From: a phage
DNA: 64,000 nucleotides
NCBI GenBank assembly: GCA_024449565.1
Contig: GCA_024449565.1_4810.1
Direction: 5' to 3' (one strand)
The position numbers were made by a program, and so were the translations under genes. Position 1 is the stretch's first letter, and every line of letters begins with the position of its first letter. Positions 35,628 to 45,338 of this stretch are shown here, piece by piece. The notes under the pieces are model-generated. The model was not told the origin of the DNA. It worked only from the letters and a program-made list of their open reading frames with translations, and searched no databases.

Positions 35628-36170
35628 GTGTTATTTCTCCCTTATGACTTCGAAACAACAGGATTAACCGTGCACCCGAAAGCGCCGCTTGGAATGCAGC
35701 CGCGCCCTATTGAATTTGCAGGGTTGTTGACGGACGGCAAAGAGATTCTTGAAACGTTCGAGTTCATAATTAATCCTGAAATTGTGATTGAAGAAATCAT
35801 CACAAAGATTACCGGATTGACAAATGAAGACCTTGAGTGCAATCCACCATTCATCAATTTTGTCCCGCAGCTAAAAGAAATCTTCAAGAAGACGGATGCC
35901 ACTATCGCGCACAACCATGCGTTCGATAAAAACATTCTTGATTATGCACTACAGCGCGAAGGACTTACGCTTGATGATGTTAATTTTCCAGAAATAAACA
36001 TTTGTACAGTTGAGCAAACCTTGCCTATTTTTGGCCGAAGAGTTAAGCTTCAAGAGCTGTATGAATTATATTTCGGAAAATATGAACAGAAACACCGTGC
36101 ATTAGACGACGTAATATTACTGCACAAAGTCTGCCAACAAATTGGCGTATATGACATCTGGAGTAAATAA
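35628..36170 (+). CDS. DnaQ-like 3'-5' exonuclease (DEDDh)
   Basis: Exo I DFETTG, Exo II AHNHAFD, Exo III HRALDD; GGAGG SD; GTG start. Confidence 0.75.
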   Translation: MLFLPYDFETTGLTVHPKAPLGMQPRPIEFAGLLTDGKEILETFEFIINPEIVIEEIITKITGLTNEDLECNPPFINFVPQLKEIFKKTDATIAHNHAFDKNILDYALQREGLTLDDVNFPEINICTVEQTLPIFGRRVKLQELYELYFGKYEQKHRALDDVILLHKVCQQIGVYDIWSK

Positions 36171-39067
36171 TGTTTCCACAATTGAGAGTTCGCAGCGGTT
36201 ACACGTTCAAAGAAGTTTATGGACGGCATCCTGAAATTATAGCACGGCTCAAAGAGTTGGGCTGCGAAGTCGCGGCATTAGTTGATAACAACACATGGGG
36301 TCACGTTCGCTGGGAAAAGGAATGCCAGAAAAATGATATTAAGCCTATGTTTGGAATGGAGATTCCAATCATCGACCCTGATGCGGACCCGAAAAAGGGA
36401 TTCAAACCGAAGGCTTGGATATTGGCCCTTGACTTAAAATCTTTTTACAACGCTACAACACTTGCAACGCAGCGCGGTGGACTTACCCGTGCAGAGTTCG
36501 GTGCGCTTGATGGCGTCGTTAAATTCTGTGGCGGTGCCGTGGAGTTGCTGCGGCCAGAGGACTACGACTATATAGACGTCAACCCATCATCGTTCCTTTT
36601 GGCAAAGCGCCAGGCATTGGCTCATCGTAGCAGTGGAAGGCCGCTGGTTTTAACCGGATACAACCACATGCCTTCACCTGAGCACGTTGACTTTGCTTAT
36701 GCGTGGGAAGTGCGCGACACGGTCAAGCCGCACTGCATCGTTGACGCGGAAGACTTGCGAAAACAGCTTAAAGGCATCTTGACTGAAGATGAACTTGATC
36801 AGGCAACGGCCAATGCTGTTGACATAGCAAACGGCATAGTCGGACTTGACCTGAAATTACGCAAGGCACCGATTATTCACCTTGCTGGTGACATGGTAAA
36901 GCTTGCTCGCGAGGGTATGGAGTACCGTCTAAAAGCAGGTCACATCAAAGAATGGACTCAGGAATACGAGGACCGCTTCAACGAAGAAATTCACCAGATT
37001 CAGCTGAAAGATTTCGACTCATACTTTCTGGTGGTAGCGGACCTTGTACGATTCGCAAAAACAAAAATGCTCGTCGGTCCTGCGCGCGGCTCATCGGCTG
37101 GTTCACTTGTTTGCTATTGCCTCGGCATCACGGAAGTGGACCCAATCCCGTATAAGCTGCTGTTTGCCCGATTCATCGACGTAAGCCGCGCCGACCTTCC
37201 TGACATCGACATCGACTTTGAAGATACCAAACGCTATATGGTGTTTGATTATCTTAAAGAGAAATATGGCGAAATGAACGTTGCAAAGCTTGGCAACATC
37301 AACACGCTTAAGGCCAACTCAGTAATGGCTCAGGTTGGTAAGAAGTTCAACATTGGATATCACGAAACAGCCAACATCAAAAACGCATTGCTTGAATACT
37401 CATCCGGTGACGCCCGTTATGGTCACGGTCTGGAGGATACCTTTGCAACAACGACCACGGGCCAAGAGTTCGTGGCGAAATATCCTGACGCCGCGCGATG
37501 CATGGGTGACCTTGAGATTCACCCTTCCCACACTGGCGTTCACGCAGCGGGAATCATTGTGTGTAATGACCCAATCTCTGATTACTGTACTGTAACTGCA
37601 GAAGGGATTGCGCAAATCGATAAGCCTGACAGCGAATACCTCAACCTTTTGAAGCTTGATGCGCTGGGCCTTCGTACTCTCGGTATTATTTCTGATACAG
37701 GCGTTATTGATGCTGAAACGCTCTACGGAATCAAGCTTGATGATCAAAGCGTCCTTGACATTCTTAACGAAAACAAGATGTCAGGCATCTTCCAGTTTGA
37801 AGGTGATGCTGTACGCTCAGTAACAAACTTTGTTCATGTCGATAACTTTAACAAAATCGACAACCTGACAGCTTTGGGTCGACCTGGCCCGTTGTCATCC
37901 GGTATGGCCCAGAAATACATTGAACGCGCGGCAGGGCGTGCGCCGATTGAATACGACGTGCCGCAGCTTGAGCCGTACTTAAAAGAGACTTACGGCGTGT
38001 TTCTTTACCAAGAGCAAATCATGGCCGTGGTTAAAGAGATTGGTTCATTTGACTGGGCGAAAACGTCCGCTGTGCGTAAGGCGATGTCAGGCCGTAAGGG
38101 TGAAGAATACTTTAACAAGCTTGGCGAGGACTTTGTTGCAGGCGCAATCAATAACGGCGTACCGGAAGCGGATGCAAGAAAGCTTTGGCAAGCAATGGCT
38201 ACGTTCGGGTCATGGGGCTTTAACAAGTCGCACTCCGTGTCATACGCGGTCGTGACCTACTGGACATTGTGGCTTAAGCGACACTACCCGTTGGAATTTG
38301 CCGCTGCCTGCTTACGCGCTGCTAAGGACGAAGACCAGACGATTGCGATATTACGTGAACTTGCGAAGGAAGGCGTGGATTACGTTCCAATCGACCCTGA
38401 TCACTCTTCGATGAACTGGACCATCGCGAACGGAAAGCTAATCGGCGGCATTATGAACGCGAAAGGGTACGGAATGGTGAAGGCGATGAAGTACATCGAA
38501 GCGCGTGAAGCCGGAACCTTAACGCAGAAGCAAAAGGACGCATTGGCCAATGCTGAAGTAAAATATGGCGACCTTACAGAGATGCACACAAAGTTCGGCT
38601 GGGCGTATAATGACCCGTATCTGATTGGCGTGACGTCCGGCGCTTCAATACGCCAGATGAAGGAAGTCGGTGATGACGAGCGCGCAATAGTAATCGGCAA
38701 GTTGACAAAGAAAGTGCTTGCGGACGAGAACGAAGCAACACGCATCCGTAAACGACTTGAGCGCGGCATCTATACAAAGCAAGGCAAGCTTAAAAAGGGT
38801 CTTCAAGCTGATGGCCGCTACGCAGAGTTTGACCAGTACGGGAACAAGCTTGAGACTCAGTTCATCGACCTTATGTGCAAAGACGACTCGACCGACTCGC
38901 CAATGCGCTTCAGGATTCGTCCAGAGAAGTTCCAGAAGTACGGGAAGTACATCGCTGAAAACGTCGGGAACGGCGCATTCTTCCTGATGAAAGGTCGTAA
39001 GCTTGAAGGCATTGACATGTTCATCGTTGACGTGATCAAACAGGTGTATCCAGATGGCAACAAATAA
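36170..39067 (+). CDS. dnaE: DNA polymerase III alpha-type (DnaE family) replicative polymerase
   Basis: N-terminal PHP-like region; GPARGSSAGSLVCYCLGITEVDP ... DIDIDF matches the DnaE catalytic core. Confidence 0.9.
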   Translation: MFPQLRVRSGYTFKEVYGRHPEIIARLKELGCEVAALVDNNTWGHVRWEKECQKNDIKPMFGMEIPIIDPDADPKKGFKPKAWILALDLKSFYNATTLATQRGGLTRAEFGALDGVVKFCGGAVELLRPEDYDYIDVNPSSFLLAKRQALAHRSSGRPLVLTGYNHMPSPEHVDFAYAWEVRDTVKPHCIVDAEDLRKQLKGILTEDELDQATANAVDIANGIVGLDLKLRKAPIIHLAGDMVKLAREGMEYRLKAGHIKEWTQEYEDRFNEEIHQIQLKDFDSYFLVVADLVRFAKTKMLVGPARGSSAGSLVCYCLGITEVDPIPYKLLFARFIDVSRADLPDIDIDFEDTKRYMVFDYLKEKYGEMNVAKLGNINTLKANSVMAQVGKKFNIGYHETANIKNALLEYSSGDARYGHGLEDTFATTTTGQEFVAKYPDAARCMGDLEIHPSHTGVHAAGIIVCNDPISDYCTVTAEGIAQIDKPDSEYLNLLKLDALGLRTLGIISDTGVIDAETLYGIKLDDQSVLDILNENKMSGIFQFEGDAVRSVTNFVHVDNFNKIDNLTALGRPGPLSSGMAQKYIERAAGRAPIEYDVPQLEPYLKETYGVFLYQEQIMAVVKEIGSFDWAKTSAVRKAMSGRKGEEYFNKLGEDFVAGAINNGVPEADARKLWQAMATFGSWGFNKSHSVSYAVVTYWTLWLKRHYPLEFAAACLRAAKDEDQTIAILRELAKEGVDYVPIDPDHSSMNWTIANGKLIGGIMNAKGYGMVKAMKYIEAREAGTLTQKQKDALANAEVKYGDLTEMHTKFGWAYNDPYLIGVTSGASIRQMKEVGDDERAIVIGKLTKKVLADENEATRIRKRLERGIYTKQGKLKKGLQADGRYAEFDQYGNKLETQFIDLMCKDDSTDSPMRFRIRPEKFQKYGKYIAENVGNGAFFLMKGRKLEGIDMFIVDVIKQVYPDGNK

Positions 39068-39476
39068 CCGTGAGCAGAAATACATATTCGTGCCTTTGAA
39101 GAAGCATTCAGAATCGGTATTGAAGCTTCAACGAATCGAGTCGATGACTGGTGATGGCGTGCCGGACGTAATCGGCACCAACCGGAAAGGGCGCGGCTTT
39201 TGGCTTGAAATGAAGTTCTTTGAATCGTGGCCTGCAAGGGCCACCACTGCACCTTTTAGAAATGCATTTGAGAAAGGCCAATGCAGCTTTCTTTCTTCGT
39301 GGAATGATTGGAAATACCCATCATTTGTTCTGCTTAAGGTTGATTCTGAGAAGATGTTTTATTTAGTCCACCCTTCTATTGAATTAAAGCGTTATAATAT
39401 TGCAGACGTTCAACGTGAGATAATCGTGAAGGGAACTATTCATCACATCATCAAGTATTTAGAGGAATTGTCATGA
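39054..39476 (+). CDS. VRR-NUC / PD-(D/E)xK-like nuclease
   Basis: GVPDVIG ... FWLEMKF resembles the PD ... E-x-K motif; upstream partner of the SNF2 helicase. Confidence 0.5.
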   Translation: MATNNREQKYIFVPLKKHSESVLKLQRIESMTGDGVPDVIGTNRKGRGFWLEMKFFESWPARATTAPFRNAFEKGQCSFLSSWNDWKYPSFVLLKVDSEKMFYLVHPSIELKRYNIADVQREIIVKGTIHHIIKYLEELS

Positions 39477-40996
39477 AAACACAAGGGATGCGCCACCAAT
39501 TATTGGCGCTTGATAAAGCAGGTCGCAGAAAATACTTTGCTTATTTTATGGAGCAGGGTCTTGGCAAAACCTGGACTGCTTTGGCAGAGTTTGAAAAACA
39601 CTTCGCCGCTGGCGCATTTGATGCCATGGTTATCATCGCTCCTAACGGTGTACACTCAAACTGGATTCGCCGTGAAGCACCAGAGCACCTTTCCATCAAA
39701 TGGATTGGTCATTACTGGCGCGGCAATGACAAGATGAAAACTAAAAAGGGCAAAGCAATTTGGGAGAAGATGTTTGCTGATCACTATCCTGAAGGTGAAG
39801 TGCCTGCGCGCATCTTCTCATTCAACATTGACACGGTGAATACGCCAGTCGGTTATCAACACATCGAATCGGTCCTGAAGAAGTATCGCTGTTTGATGAT
39901 CATTGATGAATCGACGCGTATCAAAAATAACACAGCCAAACGCTCCATCAAGGTTGTAGAATTGGGACGGCTGGCAAAGGCCCGTCGAATCCTTTCTGGC
40001 ACGCCGCTGCCACGCTCGCCTGCTGATATTTACATGCAGTATCACTTCCTTGAAGCTGGCTTGCTTGGCACCAAATCGTTCCGTGCATTCAACTCTGAAT
40101 TCACAGTACTGCTTGAAGCGCACGACCCAGAGATGCAGGCCATTCTCAAGAAAATCGGCGGCAACGGTTATGGCATTCCGCAAGTGCCGCGCAAAGACCA
40201 GTTTGGTCGACCGATGTACAAAAACCTTGACAAGCTTATCCGGCTGATGGAGCCGCACTATTTCCGCGCGACAAAAGCGGAATACTTGCCGGACCTTCCA
40301 GAGAAGGTGTACAAGTTTATCGACTTCGAGTTGTCGCCTAAGCAGCGCGATGTCTACGATGAACTCAAGAATGAGTACAACTATCTGATGGAGTACAAAG
40401 GGGAAGAAGAAAACGTTAAGTTTGAGATGATCGCATCTCGCACTAAGATGAAGCAGGTGACATCAGGCTTTGTTAAGGTATATGATGAGATGGTCTACAT
40501 GGAAGACAACCCACGATTCACAGCCTTTAAGGATTATGTGGAAGGGGTGCTGGAAGACGACCCAGAGCGCAAATTCATTGTTTGGGCCATCTTTAAGGAA
40601 GAGATGAACCAGATTAAGGACTGGCTTGAGTCTGAAGGCGTGGTCACTGGTGTGTATAACGGTGAGACATCAAAAGAGCAGCGTGAGTTCTTGATTGATG
40701 ATTTCCAGAAGAACACAGTCGAGAACGGTGGGACGCAAGTGTTGGTTTGTCACGCTGCAGCGGCAGGCATCGGGATCACGCTTACCGCCGCCGACTTGGC
40801 AATCTATTATTCTTGCAACTATGACAACGAGTTGCGCAAACAATCCGAAGACCGAAATCACCGCATCGGCACCAAATCAAGCGTGTTGTATGTTGATTTT
40901 ATTGGGGTTGATACCATCGACGAAGAAATTCAGCGTTCATTAAGTATGAAGTCTATGCTTGCTGATCACATCCTCGACGGCAAAAAGATGAATTAA
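39473..40996 (+). CDS. SNF2-family helicase/ATPase
   Basis: Motif I QGLGKT, motif II IIDESTRIKN, C-terminal motif VI QSEDRNHRIGT. Confidence 0.75.
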   Translation: MKTQGMRHQLLALDKAGRRKYFAYFMEQGLGKTWTALAEFEKHFAAGAFDAMVIIAPNGVHSNWIRREAPEHLSIKWIGHYWRGNDKMKTKKGKAIWEKMFADHYPEGEVPARIFSFNIDTVNTPVGYQHIESVLKKYRCLMIIDESTRIKNNTAKRSIKVVELGRLAKARRILSGTPLPRSPADIYMQYHFLEAGLLGTKSFRAFNSEFTVLLEAHDPEMQAILKKIGGNGYGIPQVPRKDQFGRPMYKNLDKLIRLMEPHYFRATKAEYLPDLPEKVYKFIDFELSPKQRDVYDELKNEYNYLMEYKGEEENVKFEMIASRTKMKQVTSGFVKVYDEMVYMEDNPRFTAFKDYVEGVLEDDPERKFIVWAIFKEEMNQIKDWLESEGVVTGVYNGETSKEQREFLIDDFQKNTVENGGTQVLVCHAAAAGIGITLTAADLAIYYSCNYDNELRKQSEDRNHRIGTKSSVLYVDFIGVDTIDEEIQRSLSMKSMLADHILDGKKMN

Positions 40997-41009
40997 TATC
41001 AAAAATAAT

Positions 41010-41055
41010 TTGACTTGTCACGGAAGATGAGTCATAATTACTTCATCGAAACGAA
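41010..41055 (+). promoter_or_regulatory. promoter TTGACT-17-CATAAT with operator-like element
   Basis: Shares GATGAGT ... TCATCGAAACGAA with the 34079 element. Confidence 0.45.
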
Positions 41056-41070
41056 ACAGAGGAATACAAA

Positions 41071-41334
41071 ATGGTACGCATCCTTGAACGTTACAAAAAT
41101 GAATCTACTGGCGCAATCGCTTTCAAACGTCTTTTGGTCAAAGAAATTGACGGTATGTTCCGCGTTGTTAAAGAGTTTGATTATGGCAACGGTGCTGGGG
41201 TGAATACCGTTATTATGCCTGGTATCAAGGCATATAAAACATTAAAAGGCGCTGAGAAGGCTTTGGCGGCTTGGAAGTCTGAACGTTATCAAATGACCCG
41301 TGTTGAAGGTCTAATGCAAGAAGGTAAAATATGA
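41071..41334 (+). CDS. hypothetical protein
   Basis: 87-aa ORF after promoter; AGAGGAA SD. Confidence 0.45.
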   Translation: MVRILERYKNESTGAIAFKRLLVKEIDGMFRVVKEFDYGNGAGVNTVIMPGIKAYKTLKGAEKALAAWKSERYQMTRVEGLMQEGKI

Positions 41335-41582
41335 GCAACAAAGTATTGTTAATTGGTCCGCCAGCTTGCGGCAAAACGACTAGCGCAAAGAATATTGCTG
41401 AAGTCATGGGATTGAATAACATTTACGACATAGGAAAGGGTGGAGAAGACAATTTTAAGTCCGCACTCAAAGATGACAAGGAAGGTCTTTATGTCACTGT
41501 GAAATTACCGCGCGGCATTCGCCGTGAACAATTTGATATTGTAATTGAAGTCAACAGAGGATTTATCGATGTCAGATATTAA
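41331..41582 (+). CDS. small P-loop NTPase-like protein
   Basis: Walker A GPPACGKTT near N-terminus; only 83 aa. Confidence 0.35.
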   Translation: MSNKVLLIGPPACGKTTSAKNIAEVMGLNNIYDIGKGGEDNFKSALKDDKEGLYVTVKLPRGIRREQFDIVIEVNRGFIDVRY

Positions 41583-42126
41583 TTGGGAAGATGATTTGCC
41601 GCAGGTTGCTCCTGAGAGCATTCAAGAGCGCCTTGCGCGCTTAGTATCGGAATTGGCAGAACGCCAAGAAGCTTTGACAGAGCTTGAAGATGAAGCTGAT
41701 ATGCAAAAGCAGCGCATCAGTGAAATCAAAACTGTTCTGCTTCCTGGTGTTATGGATGAGCTTGGCGTGTCCGAAATCAAGCTTGAAGACAAGACCAAAA
41801 TCAAGGTCGAGTCAAAAGTGAATGCTTCAATCAAGAAAGAAAACGAATTAAAAGTTTTCGATTGGCTTGTCAACAACGGTTACGGCGGCCTGATCAAGTC
41901 CAGCGTCACGGCTGAGTTCGGTCGCGAAGAAATCGAACAGGCGCAAGAGATTGTTGCCGCACTGCGTGAAGATGGTGTTGAAGCCACATTGAAACAAGGC
42001 GTTCATTCTGCTACACTGAAGTCGTTTGTAAAAGAACAGCTGGAAGCAGGCAATCCAGTTAGTGAAGATATTAGCGTTTTTGAATACAAAGAAGCTAAAA
42101 TAACCTTGCCTAAAAGCAAAAAGTAA
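41569..42126 (+). CDS. hypothetical coiled-coil protein
   Basis: Start trimmed to ATG MSDINWEDD with AGAGGA SD. Confidence 0.4.
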   Translation: MSDINWEDDLPQVAPESIQERLARLVSELAERQEALTELEDEADMQKQRISEIKTVLLPGVMDELGVSEIKLEDKTKIKVESKVNASIKKENELKVFDWLVNNGYGGLIKSSVTAEFGREEIEQAQEIVAALREDGVEATLKQGVHSATLKSFVKEQLEAGNPVSEDISVFEYKEAKITLPKSKK

Positions 42127-42185
42127 TTTAACCTTTATCTTGAAATCAGGTTGCCACGAAACTTGATACTATAGGAAAATATCAA

Positions 42186-43046
42186 ATGTCTAAGAAAGAA
42201 ACTACCGAAGTTGCAGCGAAAAACACCCAGATGTCCGCTATGGCTGATTTTGTCGACATGACCGATTTTGGCGCTGGTTTTGAAGGTGCCGATGCCGATG
42301 CGTATGCCATTCCTTTTATCGTCGTACTGCAAAAGATGTCTCCGATGGTCGACGAAGATGATCCAAAACACGTGCCTGGCGCAAAAGCTGGTATGCTGTA
42401 CAACACCGTTACTGGTGAGTTGTATGACGGCAAGAAAGGCGTGCAGATCATCCCTTGTGCATTCAAACGCACCTTCATCCTTTGGGGCGGTCGCGAGTCC
42501 GACGATAAAGGCTTTAAAGGTGAATTCACCAAAGAGCACGTTGATGCAGAAGTCGCGGCAGGCCGCGCTGTTGAAATCAACGGTAAGGTGTTTGTTCCAG
42601 ACGAAAACGGCAAAGTGCACGAGAAAAAATCTCCTTACTATGCAGATACACGTAACCACTTCGTCATTCTGTTGAATGAAGAAACGGGTGAATTTGGCAG
42701 CGCCATGTTGTCTTTGACTTCTTCAATGATCAAGCCGTCTCGAATGCTGATGACCGCGCTACAGCAGAAGAAAGTTCAGACTCCGCAAGGTCTGAAAACG
42801 CCGCCGACCTTTATGAACATCGTTCGCATGGGTGCTGCATCCCAGTCCAAAGACGGCAACACCTGGTCCGTTCTGAAGTTTGAGCTGGAAGGTCTGGTGC
42901 AGGACAAAGGTCTGTACGAAGTCGCCAAAGCATTCCACAACGACGTGGTTGGCGGCAACGTTAACATTGACCGCAGCAAGCAGGAAGAAGCAAGCGGTGC
43001 CGCTGGTCCTGTCAATGAAACTCCGACCGACGCAGAAGAGTTTTAA
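42186..43046 (+). CDS. putative ssDNA-binding protein (acidic C-terminal tail ending in Phe)
   Basis: C-terminus ...NETPTDAEEF resembles the acidic F-terminated tails of T7 gp2.5, T4 gp32 and bacterial SSB; weak evidence. Confidence 0.3.
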   Translation: MSKKETTEVAAKNTQMSAMADFVDMTDFGAGFEGADADAYAIPFIVVLQKMSPMVDEDDPKHVPGAKAGMLYNTVTGELYDGKKGVQIIPCAFKRTFILWGGRESDDKGFKGEFTKEHVDAEVAAGRAVEINGKVFVPDENGKVHEKKSPYYADTRNHFVILLNEETGEFGSAMLSLTSSMIKPSRMLMTALQQKKVQTPQGLKTPPTFMNIVRMGAASQSKDGNTWSVLKFELEGLVQDKGLYEVAKAFHNDVVGGNVNIDRSKQEEASGAAGPVNETPTDAEEF

Positions 43047-43103
43047 TCGACAATCAAATCAACAAGGCTGCCGATTGGCGGCCTTTTATTTATCTGGTGC
43101 ATC

Positions 43104-43622
43104 ATGATAGAAAGAATTGTACCGCTCCTGAAGATTCTGGCCCTTGTCGGCGCGTTTGCCGCTGGATCATACGTTGAAGACCTTAAGCAAACCAACGCAT
43201 CACTGGCCAAGGATAATCAATATCTGACATCGCTTAATGAGCGTAAGGACAAGATAAATGCACTCGAAGAGCAAATTGCAACTTTACAGGTTGAATCGGC
43301 ATCGGCATATGAGAAGGGTCGCCAGGAAGCGCAACTGGTTGCTGATGACACTATTGCTCGTTACAAGTCTGGGAATATCAAGCTGCGCGAGCAACTCAGC
43401 TGCTCCCGTGAGTTACTCAGGAGTGTGCCCGACTCTGCGACCACTGGACGCCTCTCTATCCCAGAAGGAAACTGTGGACTATCAGAAGAAGATGTCAGAT
43501 TTCTTGTTCAGTTCGCCGCAGAAACAAATCGATTAAAAGAGAAAGTTAATAGCTTGATTGATACTTATAATCAGGCTAAAATAAAAATCGATCAATTCAA
43601 TGCATCAAAGGAAAATAAATGA
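43104..43622 (+). CDS. Rz-like inner-membrane spanin (i-spanin)
   Basis: N-terminal TM segment IVPLLKILALVGAFAAGSYV then coiled-coil periplasmic domain; contains an embedded +1-frame lipoprotein ORF. Confidence 0.5.
   Translation: MIERIVPLLKILALVGAFAAGSYVEDLKQTNASLAKDNQYLTSLNERKDKINALEEQIATLQVESASAYEKGRQEAQLVADDTIARYKSGNIKLREQLSCSRELLRSVPDSATTGRLSIPEGNCGLSEEDVRFLVQFAAETNRLKEKVNSLIDTYNQAKIKIDQFNASKENK
43309..43536 (+). CDS. Rz1-like outer-membrane lipoprotein spanin (o-spanin), embedded
   Basis: +1 frame inside the i-spanin gene: basic n-region, hydrophobic core, lipobox-like ISSC, Pro-containing mature peptide; start uncertain (43258, 43309 or 43345). Confidence 0.4.
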   Translation: MRRVARKRNWLLMTLLLVTSLGISSCASNSAAPVSYSGVCPTLRPLDASLSQKETVDYQKKMSDFLFSSPQKQID

Positions 43623-44242
43623 AACAGATTTATGCAAACATTCGCCATTGGGCTTCTGACCGTAACATCATCCAAGGTTGCGACCTTAAGGACCAATACC
43701 CGAAGCTTATCAGCGAGTTTGGGGAGTTAACCGACCACGTTGATCAACTCCATGACCTTGTGTTCTTCGACCCTGAAATTGGCTATACAGAGCAGGCCAT
43801 CTGTGACTTGCAGGCCGCAATTAAGGACGACATTGGCGATTGCCTTGTTGTGTTGACCATCCTGGCAGCGCAAAACGGTACTGAAATCGAAAACATTAAT
43901 GGCGGCGGTTGCGCTGATAAAGGTGCTCACCCTCATTCATTTATCCTTCGCCTGGCAAAGACCCTTGGACGACTTGGTGATGCTATTGCCAAGAATCAGA
44001 CCATGGATATTGACGTCACCATCATGGCCGCAGTCGATTACCTTTCCGGCGTAGCTCATGATTATGGCCTTCGCTTATCCGACTGTGCGCAAGCGGCCTA
44101 CGAAGACATCAAGGACCGCAAAGGTGTCATGTACAACGGAACGTTCATCAAATCTACTGATCCAGCTTATGAGCACTCCTGCAAAATGGTAAAGAAGCTG
44201 GAACTTGAAGACCGTGTGATCAGAGAAGTTACAGGACAATAA
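43619..44242 (+). CDS. MazG-like nucleoside triphosphate pyrophosphohydrolase
   Basis: EFGEL ... DIGDCLVVLTILAAQNG resembles the MazG E-x-x-E and helix motifs. Confidence 0.5.
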   Translation: MKQIYANIRHWASDRNIIQGCDLKDQYPKLISEFGELTDHVDQLHDLVFFDPEIGYTEQAICDLQAAIKDDIGDCLVVLTILAAQNGTEIENINGGGCADKGAHPHSFILRLAKTLGRLGDAIAKNQTMDIDVTIMAAVDYLSGVAHDYGLRLSDCAQAAYEDIKDRKGVMYNGTFIKSTDPAYEHSCKMVKKLELEDRVIREVTGQ

Positions 44243-44244
44243 TT

Positions 44245-45207
44245 ATGACAGCATTAAAACCAATGAAGGGTTGCCAACGTAAGCAGATTATCGAGCGCGG
44301 CGAAGATGTGCCGCTGCCTTGCGGACTTTCATTCAAGGTCGATGGCATACGCGCAATGGCGTATGACAACTTGCCAATGGGCACATCCGGCATGGCGCTG
44401 AGAAACGTTCAAATCAAAAAAGAGTTCCTCTTTTTGGGTGAACTAATTCACGGACTTGATGGAGAGCTAATCGACGGCAATCCAAATGACAAGAACGTCA
44501 TGCAACAGGCCTATACTGCATGCATGAATACTGATGCAATCACTAACTTTACATGGTGGGTGTTTGATGACTTCAGCGACCCTGATTTGCCTTTTGAAAA
44601 GCGTTATGCAAACTATCGAGCTAGAGTTGCTGAAGTTAATCAACATCTCATCAACCATGGTCGACGCCCATTCCTTCGCGCTCTCGAATATCGCAACATC
44701 GAAAATATGGAGCAGTACGCGGCAATGCAAATCGAAGCAGACCAGCTTGGCTATGAAGGCTTGTATGGCAAGTCTTGGACGGGCAAATACAAGCATGGCC
44801 GCGCAACGCCAAAGTCACGTGATGTGTGGAAGGACAAGCCGTGGACAGATGAAGAAGGGTTGATCATAGACTTCGTTGAGATGATGGAGAACAACAACGA
44901 AGCATTCATTGACGAATTGGGTCGCACCAAGCGTTCAAAAGAGGCTGAAGGCTTAGTTGCAAAAGGATACCTTGGATCATTTGTAGTTGTCAATCCAAAA
45001 TATGTTGATGAGAAAGGTGAAATGATTCCTTTCCGCGTCTCCGCTGGTTCAATGCCTATGGCAGAGAGAAAAATGCTTTGGGAGAATCGCGAGAATTATC
45101 GAAACAAGTATTTGACATATAAATTCTTTAACTTTGGCATAGTTGACGTGCCGCGCTCTGCCTTGTATAAGTGCTTCCGTGATATTACCGATATGGAGTA
45201 TTTTTAA
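44245..45207 (+). CDS. ATP-dependent DNA ligase
   Basis: Motif I KVDGIR (adenylation Lys), later EGLIID and EGLVAKG motifs; 320 aa. Confidence 0.75.
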   Translation: MTALKPMKGCQRKQIIERGEDVPLPCGLSFKVDGIRAMAYDNLPMGTSGMALRNVQIKKEFLFLGELIHGLDGELIDGNPNDKNVMQQAYTACMNTDAITNFTWWVFDDFSDPDLPFEKRYANYRARVAEVNQHLINHGRRPFLRALEYRNIENMEQYAAMQIEADQLGYEGLYGKSWTGKYKHGRATPKSRDVWKDKPWTDEEGLIIDFVEMMENNNEAFIDELGRTKRSKEAEGLVAKGYLGSFVVVNPKYVDEKGEMIPFRVSAGSMPMAERKMLWENRENYRNKYLTYKFFNFGIVDVPRSALYKCFRDITDMEYF

Positions 45208-45281
45208 CACACTGGATAAATAATTGTTGCGTATAATCTATCGCGCCGTTTTCTAGAATTTAATATACAGTGTATACATAA

Positions 45282-45309
45282 AGCCGGAAATTTCCGGCTT
45301 TTCTTTTAT
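45282..45309 (+). terminator. rho-independent terminator
   Basis: AGCCGGA-AATT-TCCGGCT hairpin followed by a T-run. Confidence 0.65.
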
Positions 45310-45338
45310 TTACTTTCGGCGTATTTACTTTCAAAACC

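Noticed and set aside
41331-42126. Frameshifted single gene joining the P-loop ORF and the following coiled-coil ORF
   Set aside because: The downstream ORF has its own ATG with an AGAGGA RBS and no slippery sequence was seen at the 14-nt overlap; treated as two genes.
42182-42675. Overlapping alternative-frame ORFs (42182-42613 minus, 42268-42675 plus) within the SSB-like gene
   Set aside because: Compositional low-complexity translations with no RBS; the main frame is the coherent gene.
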